Translations under genes and position numbers: made by a program
The notes under the pieces: model-generated
The model's database searches: none
What the model was told of the DNA's origin: nothing
Seen by the model: only the letters and a program-made list of their open reading frames with translations
In this document: one piece after another, positions 27,620 through 40,000 of the stretch
Position numbering within the stretch: the stretch's first letter is position 1
How the letters are laid out: each line of letters starts with the position of its first letter
Source of the DNA: Ophelia neglecta
Taxonomy: Eukaryota
Length of the DNA: 64,000 bases
Direction: 5' to 3'
Assembly (NCBI GenBank): GCA_965285935.1
Contig: OZ260666.1
Span: forward strand, 7,688,001 to 7,752,000

Positions 27620-30600
27620 ATGGAACGATTGGATATAACAGTGGGGGAGCCGCCAAAACCATCGATATTAGATATTTTAAAATGCATACGACCCGACTGG
27701 GACAGAGATGAGCTGATTATTAAGGTAAGGCGGCATTTTATGAATATGATGATACTAACAAGAGTGCAGAAACGTATCGAGCATAGTCAATAAATCATTT
27801 ATGTGTTAATAAATGAAATTTACGATTATATAGTTGGCTTAGCTTATCTTGATATTTGGTGAAGTGATTTGTCTTGAACATATTAAAGCGAAAGTTCCGC
27901 TGCACATCCACACAGGAACAGTTACACTGATGTACTAGTAATTAGTTTTTGTCAATGCCTCAAATGATATCTTATTATCTGCAACAATTATATCTTATCA
28001 TCTGCATCATGTCTGTTATAAGCCTATTAACAATAATAGAACTGAACGACAGTATGTGTGGTGTTTCAGGGGAAAGTTGTAGAGTACCCCCCCCCCCCCA
28101 CCCCACCCCAACACAAACTTATTGTTCAATGAAATATAATTTTACTCATAGCCGAAATAGCGAAATTGAAGCCTTTTTGGACGTACTGGAAAAGGATTAT
28201 TTATTCATTACAATTAATATCTCATGTAGTATCACAACAATCACAGTAAAAGTCCAGCAGCCTGGGTGAAATACAACTTTGTAGACACAAAAGTTGAATA
28301 ATGCCACACACAAGCTTATTATTCACTTATTTCACTTTAGCTCCCCAATGAGTTTAAAACGAAATGAGGGCATTTGAGAGGACTTTATCATTCACACTTA
28401 TTATGGTAAAAAACTGTCATATATTGGCAAAATATAACCAGTCAAAGCCTACAACAGCCATTGGTAAGAGGCAGTTTTGTAGACACACTTGTTACATGGC
28501 ACTGTGCTATTGTGTTAGTATGATCATATCCACTCGACCAGCAAGTGAGTTTCGCGGTCGAGTTAAAGCGATTATAAAAACTGGTATCTATAGTCAAAAA
28601 ATATACAGCAAGAACGTTCTTTGGTGGAAATATACTCTGCAATCATATTAGTGACACATAAAATTCCGTGAATGTGAATGGTGGCCTATATATTAGTGAA
28701 CTTGATATACGTATATATCATAATGCGGAAGAACATTTCAAGACTTGTGCAACTTCAAATCCTTTTTACCGCTGAGGCAGGACTTTTGGAAATAAGAGTT
28801 ACCCTTACCCGTGGTACAACAGCGCACCTTTGGTATCAAATGGACCGGGAATATAAATTTTGCTGTCAGAAAAACGCAACCCCTCATGACTGCCGACCCG
28901 CATTCCAATACAAGTCTGAAATGTTCAAAAGCCAAATGAACCAACAAACTCCCCAATCACCACTTATCCTTGCTGTAATAATACTTTAAGTATTAAACAT
29001 GACAGTCAAGCATTTTTTTAATATATTTGAGTAAATAATGTTGTTCTAAACGAGAAAACTGACACACGTTTTATATCACGAGTACGGCCTCGTACCAATT
29101 AATGGCGAACATAACATTTATGTACGTATTCATAATATGCACCCAAAGCAGTAGGAGTGCATTCCTCTCAACCTCGATTTGCAAAGATAGCGGAATAGAT
29201 AACAGAACACATTAGTCATTATGAAAGTTTAACCAGAATTGACCAATGGTTGGATGTCATAGGTTTTCATTTACAAAGATTGAAGAAGGATGACGTCACT
29301 TATCACGTGATATTGTTAGTTACTGCTCCCGCTGGAGACAAACAATCATTGCCGCCATGTTGGGTACATGTTAAAGTACACGGTCGTAATATCAGCTCCG
29401 ATGATTTTGTGTTTTAGTCCAGTATTTATGCGTGATTCTGACTGATTTCTACATTTGTGGAAACCGAAAGCTCTGATTAACGTGATTATAGCATTTGTGC
29501 AGTGTTTTCCGCCCTTCTGCAACCACCAAAGCCAGCGAGAGATCTGCCGATTTATTCGGTTTCCTAACTGTGAGGACAAGCTGCGAGACATTATTTAATA
29601 TTAAAAGCTTAATACATGTAAGTCTATGAGAAAATAGGTTTTATGAAATTGCAATTGGGTAGGCAATTTAGATTAAGTGCATCCTCCTCATGTCACATTT
29701 GCATGACTACGCTTGTGCAATTAATTACAAGAACCCTGGTCAGAAATTCACACATTACCATTGTGACATTGCAATTCATTAATACACTTACATAAACAAT
29801 ATGACACCCAATTTTCTGAAATAATAAGGCCCCAATAATATTACTTATATATAACATGACTTATAAAGTCCTTATACACCACTAGTACTGGTCCCAATAA
29901 AAAATAAGCCGTTTAGCGAACAGGCGTAAATATGGGGGATTTAAGATCTTACGCACTAGGTACGACAAACTTGCCGTTCTTTCGTACGAAGCTGGCTTTG
30001 ACCCGAGCTGAAATGTGATGCACGCGAACCATCATAGGTAAATCTTTCTAATCGCTTAGACTTGTACGCATTTTCCCTTTTCTTAATCAGTTTTTCTTCG
30101 CCGGCAAAGAACGCCGCTATACACGAAACACTTATCACCGCCATCTTGAAAAAACCGTGTATACCCACAGAAGCCCGTCGTCAGGTCGTTGCCACGCTCT
30201 GACGCGCAGCTGACGTCAGAGCTTCTTCGATCTATTGATACCCCATGCACTTGCTTAATTCAATTTCTATTCAGTTCGGAGCGATTTCATTCTTCCATTT
30301 TGGTTTATGTTTAGAATATCGCCTCCATGGTGTGCTCGAGCTGCAATATCATTAAACTATTACACGTCACGTGGTCTCTTGGTCTGTTTTCTGTATTATT
30401 GCCATTGTTATTGTATTCATAATTTCTTATATGTCATAAGGTCTCATGGTATGTTGTTGTTATTGTTGTTTGGGGTTTTACGTGGCTTTAAACACTTATC
30501 GGTCATATCGCCACAGTGCCTACTTGTGACAGTGGGCTCAATGCCCTCTTTAGAGTGCTGCCTCACTGGAGTGTCTCATGGTATGCAGTATTTCCTTAAT

Positions 30601-33600
30601 TAGAAGTAACACTCCTGGTACGTTTTGTTCACGCTATAGATACAAATCGCAGAAGGCGTCTCAGCCATATTATTTCTTGTTTTTGCCAGCGCAGGCACTT
30701 AACAATCAATTTAATATTAATTTCGTATTTAGGAGCTATTTGGTGGCCATATAAATCAGATATACTACTGTGGCCTGAACAATGATAGAGAGGAGCATGA
30801 CATTGTGCTTGTCAAGGTTTACGGAGCCAACACAGGTGACTGGATGGACAGAGAAAGTGAAGCCACCAGCTGGCTAATTGCCCAAAACGCGGGAGTGGCC
30901 TCACCCCTCTACTGCAGGTCGGTCACACCAATAACCACAAGAACAAATTACCAGGGAGTCTGTACTAACAAAATGGTTCGTTTTATCTATAAGAACTTAT
31001 TGAAAATATCATTTATAAGCTATTCGTTAGCTGTGCCCTTCGGCGAGAATTGCTCCTATTCCGATTGGATTCCCTCGCAAAAGACTAAACCAGTATCAAT
31101 ACTAACACTACAAACAGGGATTTAGTAATATTTGTTTTTGAATTTATATATTCCGGAAGAGATTAGGTTTTTAGAAGTGATATGTTAAGGGTAAATGCTC
31201 TAATTGTAGAGCATTGATGAAGTTCTGTTGGCAGAGTGTGTGATGGAGGTCAAGGTGCTGGGGGGGGGGGGGAAGCTAGCTAATCGGGCGGGGAAGGGAA
31301 GACGAAAGCATATACATACAGTATTTGGAACATACAAATACAAAAAGCTTCTATAAAAAATAATATTTTGAATGAGTGTGATAGTCGCTGACAGAAGTGT
31401 GACAATAGTGTGACAATATTTAGCCTTAAACAGAACGCCTGATTAAATTATTTTTTAGGTTTCAAAATGGTTTGGCATATAAGTACTACAAGGGGAACAT
31501 GGTAAACTCCAAGAATATCACGGATGAAACGTGTGTCAGGTTCAGACCATTACTTGCCCATAGTTGTCAAGGATAAAACAACGATAAGACAACGGAGACC
31601 ATAATACAGATGAATATTGATTTGTTGAATCATTTATATAAGTTGCTATTTATTTTATGTTGAGTGTATATGCACAATGGTACTGTCAAAAATATGTATT
31701 TCGCCATTTGCCGCTAAATGGAATTCGCTCTTTTCAAGTATGAATCATTAACCCTCATTTAGACTATAGTCACTTATTTGATGTTCACTTTTAGGAGTGT
31801 AGCCAGGACGATAGCAGCTCTGCATCATCTTGAACCTAACGTGGCCATGGCTGGAATTGGAGGCAATACGTACCTGAATACAGTTCCTTTTGTAATGACA
31901 TTAATCGGAATGGTGAAGAAATTTTCGAATGAATCTGCTTTCAAGGATTCTTACGACGACCCATTAAAGGAAAAAGTGTGAGTGCGGAATTATATTCTTT
32001 CCTTAAATAGAAATGACAGTATTTTAGGCTTGCAATCTCCGTTAATGTTAAACTTGTGTCCAATCGCTGGCCAAAAAAGGGTTTATTTGTGTTACATTTA
32101 ATGTGACATTATCTGCGGGAGAATAGGCTTATATTTACACAACCAGTTAATTTTATTATCTATTTGTCAATGTCTCAAAACCATCTACTGCACTATATGC
32201 ATTAAATTTAGCTTTGACCTAATATATTAATGTATCCTGTTCACTATGGCTCAAAGCCGTCTCATGGAGTTTCCGTGCAAGACTGATACCATCAGGCAGA
32301 TCGAGATGTATGGTAAAGAGCTAGAGGAGATGGGTTTCCCAACCTGTTTCTGTCACAGTGACCCTAATACTTCAAACATCATCTACGACCCTGACACAGG
32401 TAATGATTAATGGTCCTGGATCAATTGGAACAATGTTCATATATAATTCATATATAGGTCTTGTTTTTCCTTATACAATCAGACAGAAATGCACCTGGTC
32501 TTACAAAATACAGCTTATATGTTGCTGAAAACATTGTTGCTATCTAAAATTGTCCATGAATAAATCCGTTACAGAATGTCAAGATGATAACATTCACATT
32601 CTTCTGTAATCGTTCTGTGTTTGTTTTCTTGGAACGATTTATGGTACTATTACCGCATAATACTATAAATCTGAACAATTAAACAATTCTGATAGCAATA
32701 CATGAAAAATAGCCCAACCTAAAGATAGAAAAAGACACACATGCTGTTTAAACCCAGAAATATTCAGATCCTAAATCATACCACGATGTACTTTTGATAG
32801 TCACACTGTTTATTTCCTGTTGCATTTATATATCAACGTCTCACCTCTTTATACTTGATTTGAGCCAATATGTCGTCTTATGTTGATTTCAAATGCTTAT
32901 TTTGTGAGGCGAGATACACCTAGTAGATTGGGAGCTCTCTGGTATTGACTATGCAGTGCACGATATTGGCTGGTATTTCGCCGGGAGACTAGGTGAGTTA
33001 GGCCTGACCATTAAAGGCTCTTTGTTCAATTTCGCTAATTGTTTCATTTGGTATATACTTTAGGTGTGTTTTCTTCGACAAATGGGAGTGGGTGCCCTAC
33101 AGAGAAAGTAAAATCATTTATCATTAATATTCCATTAAACCCGGTCGAATTCATCAGGAGCAACCACTAAGTTTCGTGATGTCCGGTTTAAATTGAATGC
33201 ACGAGGCTGCGTACTTTAAGGCCAATCGTATAATATAGTAGTGTCATATACCGAGTTAATTTCATACAGTTGTTGACGACTGCGCAGACGACGGATTCAA
33301 GTTTTATCCTGATAAGAAGTACCAGTATGAATGGATACGCTGGTACCTGGAGTACTTAGCCGACCTGCGTGGGGAGGCACATGAAACTATCACCGAGGCA
33401 GATATAAACAAACTTTACAAGGGTTCTATACTATGTGCTTTGGTAAGCTCAGCTCGTTTGCAATATCCACCGTTCATCTTCAACCGTCTCACTTGCTTTA
33501 ATGGCTATTACATGGACATAGCGGGAAAGATGCGGCGAAGCAATAGTGAAAGTGATAGTATCACATTATACCGCGGCGGTTTCGTTTCTGTTAACTGTTG

Positions 33601-34476
33601 AAGTTGATTACGAATGATATATGATAATTACCATTATTGTTAAAATTGTAAGACAATGAAAACTTGATATAACCTTAATGCATTTATCAAAGGTAAGGGA
33701 TTCCACCTATAAATATGGGCATCCATAATTAGGTCGATGAAGCAATTACTCTTGGATAATTATTACAAAAACCTAACCTACTAGCAAATAAAGCCGTTAC
33801 TAATGTTCCACTCACCTCTGCCATATCTAAAGCCGAGAAGGTGGGGGGGGGGGGACCCTTGAAGATCCTGTGGATCGGAATCGTTAAATATACTTATATA
33901 CGAATATAGCACTTAATTAGTATATGAATTTTAATAGAACCCTTAAGTAAGAATTGGTTTCATTTATTTTTATAATGATACAGATGAGAAGCATTGCTGT
34001 TGCTTTTTACTTCCGTATGCTTGACTCAGTGACGCCTTCTAAACCAGAGTATTTCAGGTTTGTTATTTTCCTTAGCTTAAAACTGATAATATTTATATTG
34101 GAAAAAAGTGACTTCTGTTTAAGGCATTCATGTTATTTGTTATTGGTGACGTAAGATTGTATTCAATTTTTTGAAGGGGGGGGGGGGGGCTAGTTGAAAC
34201 TGCCTTTTTTCATGCCATTAACGAATAATTGTAAAACGACACAAAGTTACCACAGTACCACCAGTGTCAAAACAAAAAGTCGCTGATTGGATTTGAATCA
34301 AACAGAAAGTCCTTGATTTAGTTTTTATTTACATACCAATAATCAGTAGATATCACCGCTGGCACTTTATCAATTCCCAATTCATAATAATTATAATAAT
34401 GATCTTTATTTTCAGAAAAGCCCGTCACTTTCAGCGACTCGTTCGGCTCATCAAAGATGAACACAGAGCTGAATAA
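27620..34476 (+). CDS. Ethanolamine/choline kinase-like gene, copy 4 (subfamily B, about 362 aa). Exons 27620-27724, 30733-30917, 31459-31539, 31795-31977, 32257-32399, 32909-32992, 33270-33442, 33984-34057, 34416-34476
   Basis: Spliced length 1089 nt, open. GGHINQ, VLVKVYG, HSDPNTSNII, VDWELSG. The exon 6 acceptor is the rare GAG. Confidence 0.86.
29277..30233. mobile_element. Non-autonomous DNA transposon (about 957 bp) with imperfect 22-23 bp TIRs and a probable AT target duplication
   Basis: Absent from the paralogous site in copy 5 (ttacATtgatacc at about 39211). Left end AGATTGAAGAAGGATGACGTCA; right end reverse complement AGATCGAAGAAGCTCTGACGTCA. Confidence 0.75.
30450..30585 (-). mobile_element. 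Possible SINE 3'-end fragment (also at about 39428-39560)
   Basis: (TTG)n-like tail followed by ggttttacgtggctttaaacac..ggtcatatcgc...agtgctgcctcactg. Resembles mollusc SINE 3' ends from recall; not searched. Confidence 0.35.
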
Positions 34477-35070
34477 TGATAGGTGTATATTGGTGGGTAC
34501 ACATTGGAGGAGTGTCAATTAACGTCAATGCTCGATCATTTACAGTGTCACTCAAAAATTCTCTATAAAAAGGCGAACACATTCCAAATGAATCAACATA
34601 TCACTCCCTATTGTGGAAAAAAAACAAAGAAATTCAACCCCCTAGAATGGCTCTACTTCAATTGTCCTTCAACTATCCAATAAGAATTGCCACTTGAATT
34701 GCATAAATTAACGGCCATTTTCCTCTTTCAGTATCATTAAAATGAGACGCTTTGAATATATCGGATATGAAGAAACATGACTCAAAAGATACATGTTATT
34801 TAATAGGGTTAAATAATGTTATATGACAAAGGCAGTGTGATTTTAACTCTTTTATTACTCTATATGGTTTAAATATGTCAAACATGTCAAAGACTGCGGT
34901 GCGTGCATGTCGAAATTGTGGAATTCTGAGGAAAACCGGAAATTGTTTTTAAATTTGTCACGTAATATAAATGTCTTGCCTATATTTTTCTTCAAGGCTT
35001 TGTTGAACAAAGGCCCTGAAAACACTAACAAATATACGTATATATCATTCGTCAAAGTAAAGCCCAAGGT

Positions 35071-35166
35071 ATGAAGACATTGGGCATAAAAGTGGGTGAG
35101 CCGCCTAAGCCATCGCCAATAATAATCCTGAAGCACACACGACCCGGCTGGCTCCTCTGGCATTGA
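35071..35166 (+). pseudogene. Exon-1 relic, open 31-aa ORF
   Basis: MKTLGIKVGEPPKPSPIIILKHTRPGWLLWH*; homologous to 12833-12928. Confidence 0.75.
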
Positions 35167-37044
35167 CAATAGCTCGAAGATTGCATGCTATAACAAGCAT
35201 GTAATAGGACAAAATCGGTGTATTTCGGATATGTCACCAATATTCACATACATGTTCCGATCATGTTTATTGTCCGTGTCTTAAAGAAGTTGCAACTTGA
35301 CTAATTGTCGACTTAGCTAAGACGGTATAAGATTGTGTCATTTTTCTTATCATAGTTACGACCGCTTCCTGAAACCGGTTTAAGGAGAACATGTGCTCAC
35401 TTCTTCACCTTCATAACCCTTAGTCTCGCACGGTAGTGGGCACTCGGCAGCCTCTGTAACTTTATAAATCAAGCACTAGCTATTAGTTCACACTGAACAA
35501 ATGTTAAAGGTGTGACTATATTGAAGTCAAGTAAATAAAAGTAAATGGACTGAAAATTAAACGTGAATGCTAGAGTCTTTTTGGGATATCCATATTTAAA
35601 GTGCATTTATCTTGAAAACGAAGCTACGGTAAAATGACCGATTAACTAAATAAACAGTTGTTTATATACCACGTTCAATTGATTACAAAATACAACAAAA
35701 TTCAATTTCTAAGGCTAAACGTTTGAAAAAAAAAATCTTTTCTTCCAATGTGGATTATGGCTTATAACAGCTAATGCGAATAAAGTGATAATAACCACAT
35801 AAAAAAAATATTCAATTGTTAGGTTGATAGACTGTATTGGATATGTTATACTATGCAATATTTAAGGGTCGTATAAGAATTTCTATATTATCTTCCTTTT
35901 AAAATATGGTAAATAAGCAAACGTACATATAAACAAATTTAGTCTGATCCTGTCTATAACAGCTTCCGCGGCGTGGGTGAATTTCTTTGCTAGTTATTAT
36001 TAACAATATATTTTTGTAATTTAACCACAAAGTAGTGTAGGTCTTATAATATTTAAAATATAGATGCCGACTTGTGTCATATTAGGTTATTCTAGAATAT
36101 TTAAGTGATTATGTGAAACATTGCAAACTTAAAACTGTCCATGTAAAATAACTATTATTCCAGAGGAATTGGTATTTTGATACTTCTGGATTTGAGTCCA
36201 GCGTTAGACACCATTAACCATACCATTTTGTTGGATAGATTACATACTAGTGTGGGTGTCGCGTTTGAGTGGGTTGGATCGTACGTATCTGAACGCACGA
36301 AAGTTAAAATATGAAGGAGCCTTTACAAGGTTGGTACACAAATTATTGTGTGCCTAGGGGTTGGGTACTTGGACCCTTCTGTTTCAAGTGTACATTCGGC
36401 CTCTGAGCCATCTGATTCGTAGCACGTAGTTGGTCTCCACTGCTACGCGTCTGAAAGAGCCAAAGTTAGCGAAAACTGAACACAGATAAAACTGATGTTT
36501 AAGTCATGTGCACAGGCGCCATTCGTGCCACATTGAAAGTGCAAAGTATGATAATTATTCCGAAAATCAAGACTACATTAACTCCATTATGTCATACAAG
36601 CCGTAATTTCTAGTTTAGTGGTTACTATTTCAGCTTCATTGTCAATGGGAAATTTGTGTGTAGTTTGTAATTTACTAGCTGGATAAATATGTCGTTATAG
36701 CATTTGATCAATACTTCGCCTTCACTGAATTGTAAAACCATTGAAAGGCACCGATTTTGACATTCAAGTCTCATTTTAATTAATGGTAATGGACATCTGT
36801 GCGCTGTTTGTGGCTTAGCTGTTGATTAAATCTGTCGTTATAATATTTGTATTTTATCGATGTTTTAATAAATTATCATCCTGCTCAAAAAATTGGTGTC
36901 TGGCATTAACTAGTTGTGAGCTTGTATTATTTGTCAACATTATATGAACAGATCGCAATAACCGTCTGATTCAATTTAAGCCTCCTTTGCCCAACCCTCG
37001 TCTGCAAGGAAATAATTATATTGTGTCATAGATAAGCGTGAAGT

Positions 37045-40000
37045 ATGGAACGATTGGCTATAACAGTGGGGGAGCGGCCAAAACCATCTATATTAGATAT
37101 TTTGAAATGCTTACGACCCGACTGGAACAGAGATGATCTGATTATTAAGGTAAGGCGGCATTTTATGAATATTGTGATACTTACAAGAGTGCAAGCACAT
37201 ATCGAGCATAGTCAATGTATCATGCGTTAATGAATGAAATTTACGATTATATAGTTGGCTAAGCTAATCTTGTTATTTGGTGAAGTGATTTGTCTTGAAC
37301 ATATTAAAGCGAAAGTACCGCTGCACATCCACACAGGAACAGTTAAACTGACATACTAGTAATTAGTTTTTGTCAATGCCTCAAATGATATCTTATTATC
37401 TGCAACAATTATATCTTATCATCTGCATCATGTCTGTTATAAGCCTATTAATAATATAAGAACTGAACGACAATATGTGTGATGTGTCAAGGAAAGGTTG
37501 TTGAGTACCCCCCCCCCCCCCCCCCAACTTAATATTCAATGAAATATAATTTCACTCATAGCCGAAATAGCGAAATTAAAGCCTTTTCGGACCAACTGAA
37601 ATAAAGCATTATTTATTTATTTCAATGAATATCTCATTTATTATCACAACAATCACAGTAAAAGTCCAGCAGCGTGGGTGAAATACAACTTTGTAGACAC
37701 AAAAGTTGAATAATGCCATACTATCAGTTACGCCATGCTTGAACGTTGAATACGGTGTGGTACGCCAACCTAGCAATTTGTATGCCCTGAAGCCGAAGGC
37801 TGAAGGGCATACAGGTTGCTAGGTTGGCGTACCACACCGTATTCAACGTTCAAGTATGGCGTTACGGTTTTATCATATACCTAACAAGTTGACAATTTCC
37901 TTCTTTCGGACAGTAGGAAAAATGTATTGAACTACACTAAAAAACTAAACTAAAAACGAGGCTGCTATGACGTCATTTAGGGGATTCTCCTCCAACCTTT
38001 AAGGTATTCCCCAGGAACTGAGTAATACTGGATTCCGTCTGAACAATACAAGTTTATATGGTTCAGGTGACTGACCAATCAGTGACTAGGATACTTGTTA
38101 GGTATATGATAAACAAGCTTATTATTCACTAATTTCACTTTAGCTCCCCAACGAGTTTAAAACGAAAAGAGGGCATTTGAGAGGACATTAATAATCACAT
38201 TTAACAAGGGATAAATCTGTCAGAAATTGGCAAAATAATAACATTCAAAGCCTACAACAGCCGTTGGTAAGAGGCAATTTTGTAGACAAACTTATTACAT
38301 GGCCCAGTGCGATTGTGTTGGTATGGTCATAACCACTCGACCAGCAAGTGAGTTTTCGGTCGAGTTAAAGCGATTATAGAAAGTGGTCTCTATAATCAAG
38401 AAAACTACAGCGAGAACGTGCTTTAGTCGAAGTATACTCTGCAATCACATTAGTTACACATAAAATTCTGTGAATGAGAATGGTGGCCCATAAATTAGTG
38501 GAATTGACATTTGTATATATCAAAATGCGGAAGAAGATTTCAAGGCTTGTGCAACTTCAAATCCTTTATACCGCTGAGGCAGGACTTTTGGAAATAAGAG
38601 TTACCCTTACCCGTGGTACAACAGCGCACTTTTGGTATCAAATGGACCGGGATTATAAATTCTGCTATAAGAGAAAAAATGACAATGTGACCCCGTAACA
38701 AAATGTAACGTAACAGTTAAGTACCATGCCAACTAACCATTTACCTAAGAAAATTCTATTGTTTACATTTATTTCCCAAACGGAAACCCAGCTGGGCCAA
38801 CGAACACGCAACCCCTCACGACACCGAACCCGCATTCCAATACAGGTCTGAAATGTTCAACAGTCAAATGAACCAGCAAACTCCCCAATTCCCACTTATC
38901 CTTGCTGTAATAATACTTTAAGTATTCAACATGACAGTCAAGCCTTTTTTGGCATTTATTTGAGTAATTAATGCTATTCAAAACAGGAAAGCTGACTATA
39001 AAACACACATTTTATATCACGAGTATGGCTTCGTACCAATTAATGGCGAACATAACATTTATGTACGTATTCATAATATGCACCCAAGCAGTAGGAGTGC
39101 ATTCCTCTCAACCTCGATTTGCAAAGATAGCGGAATAGATAACAGAACACATTAGTCTTTATGAAACTTTAACCAGAATTGACCAATGGTTGGATGTCAT
39201 AGGTTTTCATTTACATTGATACCCCATGCACTTGCTTAATTCAATTTCTATTCAGTTCGGACGATTTCATTCTTCCACTTTGGTTTATGTTTAGAATATC
39301 GCCTCCATGGTGTGCTCGAGCAATATCAATAAACTATTACACGTCACGTGGTCTTTTGGTCTGTTTTCTGTATTATTGCCATTGTTATTATATTCATAAT
39401 TTCTTATATGTCATAAGGTCTCATGGTATGTTGTTGTTATTGTTTTTTTTGGGTTTTACGTGGCTTTAAACACTTATCGGTCATATCGCCACAGTGCCTA
39501 CTTGTGACAGTGGGCTCAATCCCCTCTTTAGAGTGCTGCCTCACTGGAGTGTCTCATGGTATGAAGTATTTACTTATTTAGAAGTAACACTCCTGGTACG
39601 TTTTGTTCACGCTATAAATACAAATCGCAGAAGGAGACTCAGCCATATTATCCTTGTTTTTGCCAGCGCAGGCACTTAACATTCAGTTTAATATTATTTC
39701 GTATTTAGGAGCTAGTTGGTGGCCAGTTAAATCAGACATACTACTGTGGCCTGAACAATGATAGAGAGGAGCATGACATTGTGCTTGTCAAGGTTTACGG
39801 AGCCGACACAGGGGACTGGCTGGACAGAGAAAGTGAAGCCACCAGCTGGCTAATTGCCCAAAACGCGGGAGTGGCCTCACCCCTCTACTGCAGGTTGGTC
39901 ACACCAATAATCCCAAGAAAAATTTACCAGGGAGTCGGTACTAAAAAATTGCTCATTTTATCTATTGGTACTTATTAAAAAATATCATTTTTAAGCTATT

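Larger units (their letters stand above)
19673..28314 (+). repeat. Recent head-to-tail segmental duplication, 2 x about 4.32 kb (about 19673-23992 and 23996-28314)
   Basis: ORF-track entries recur at offset 4322-4323; only scattered SNPs by eye; junction gccacacacaag|tgt|gaagtttctttcctg. Confidence 0.93.
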
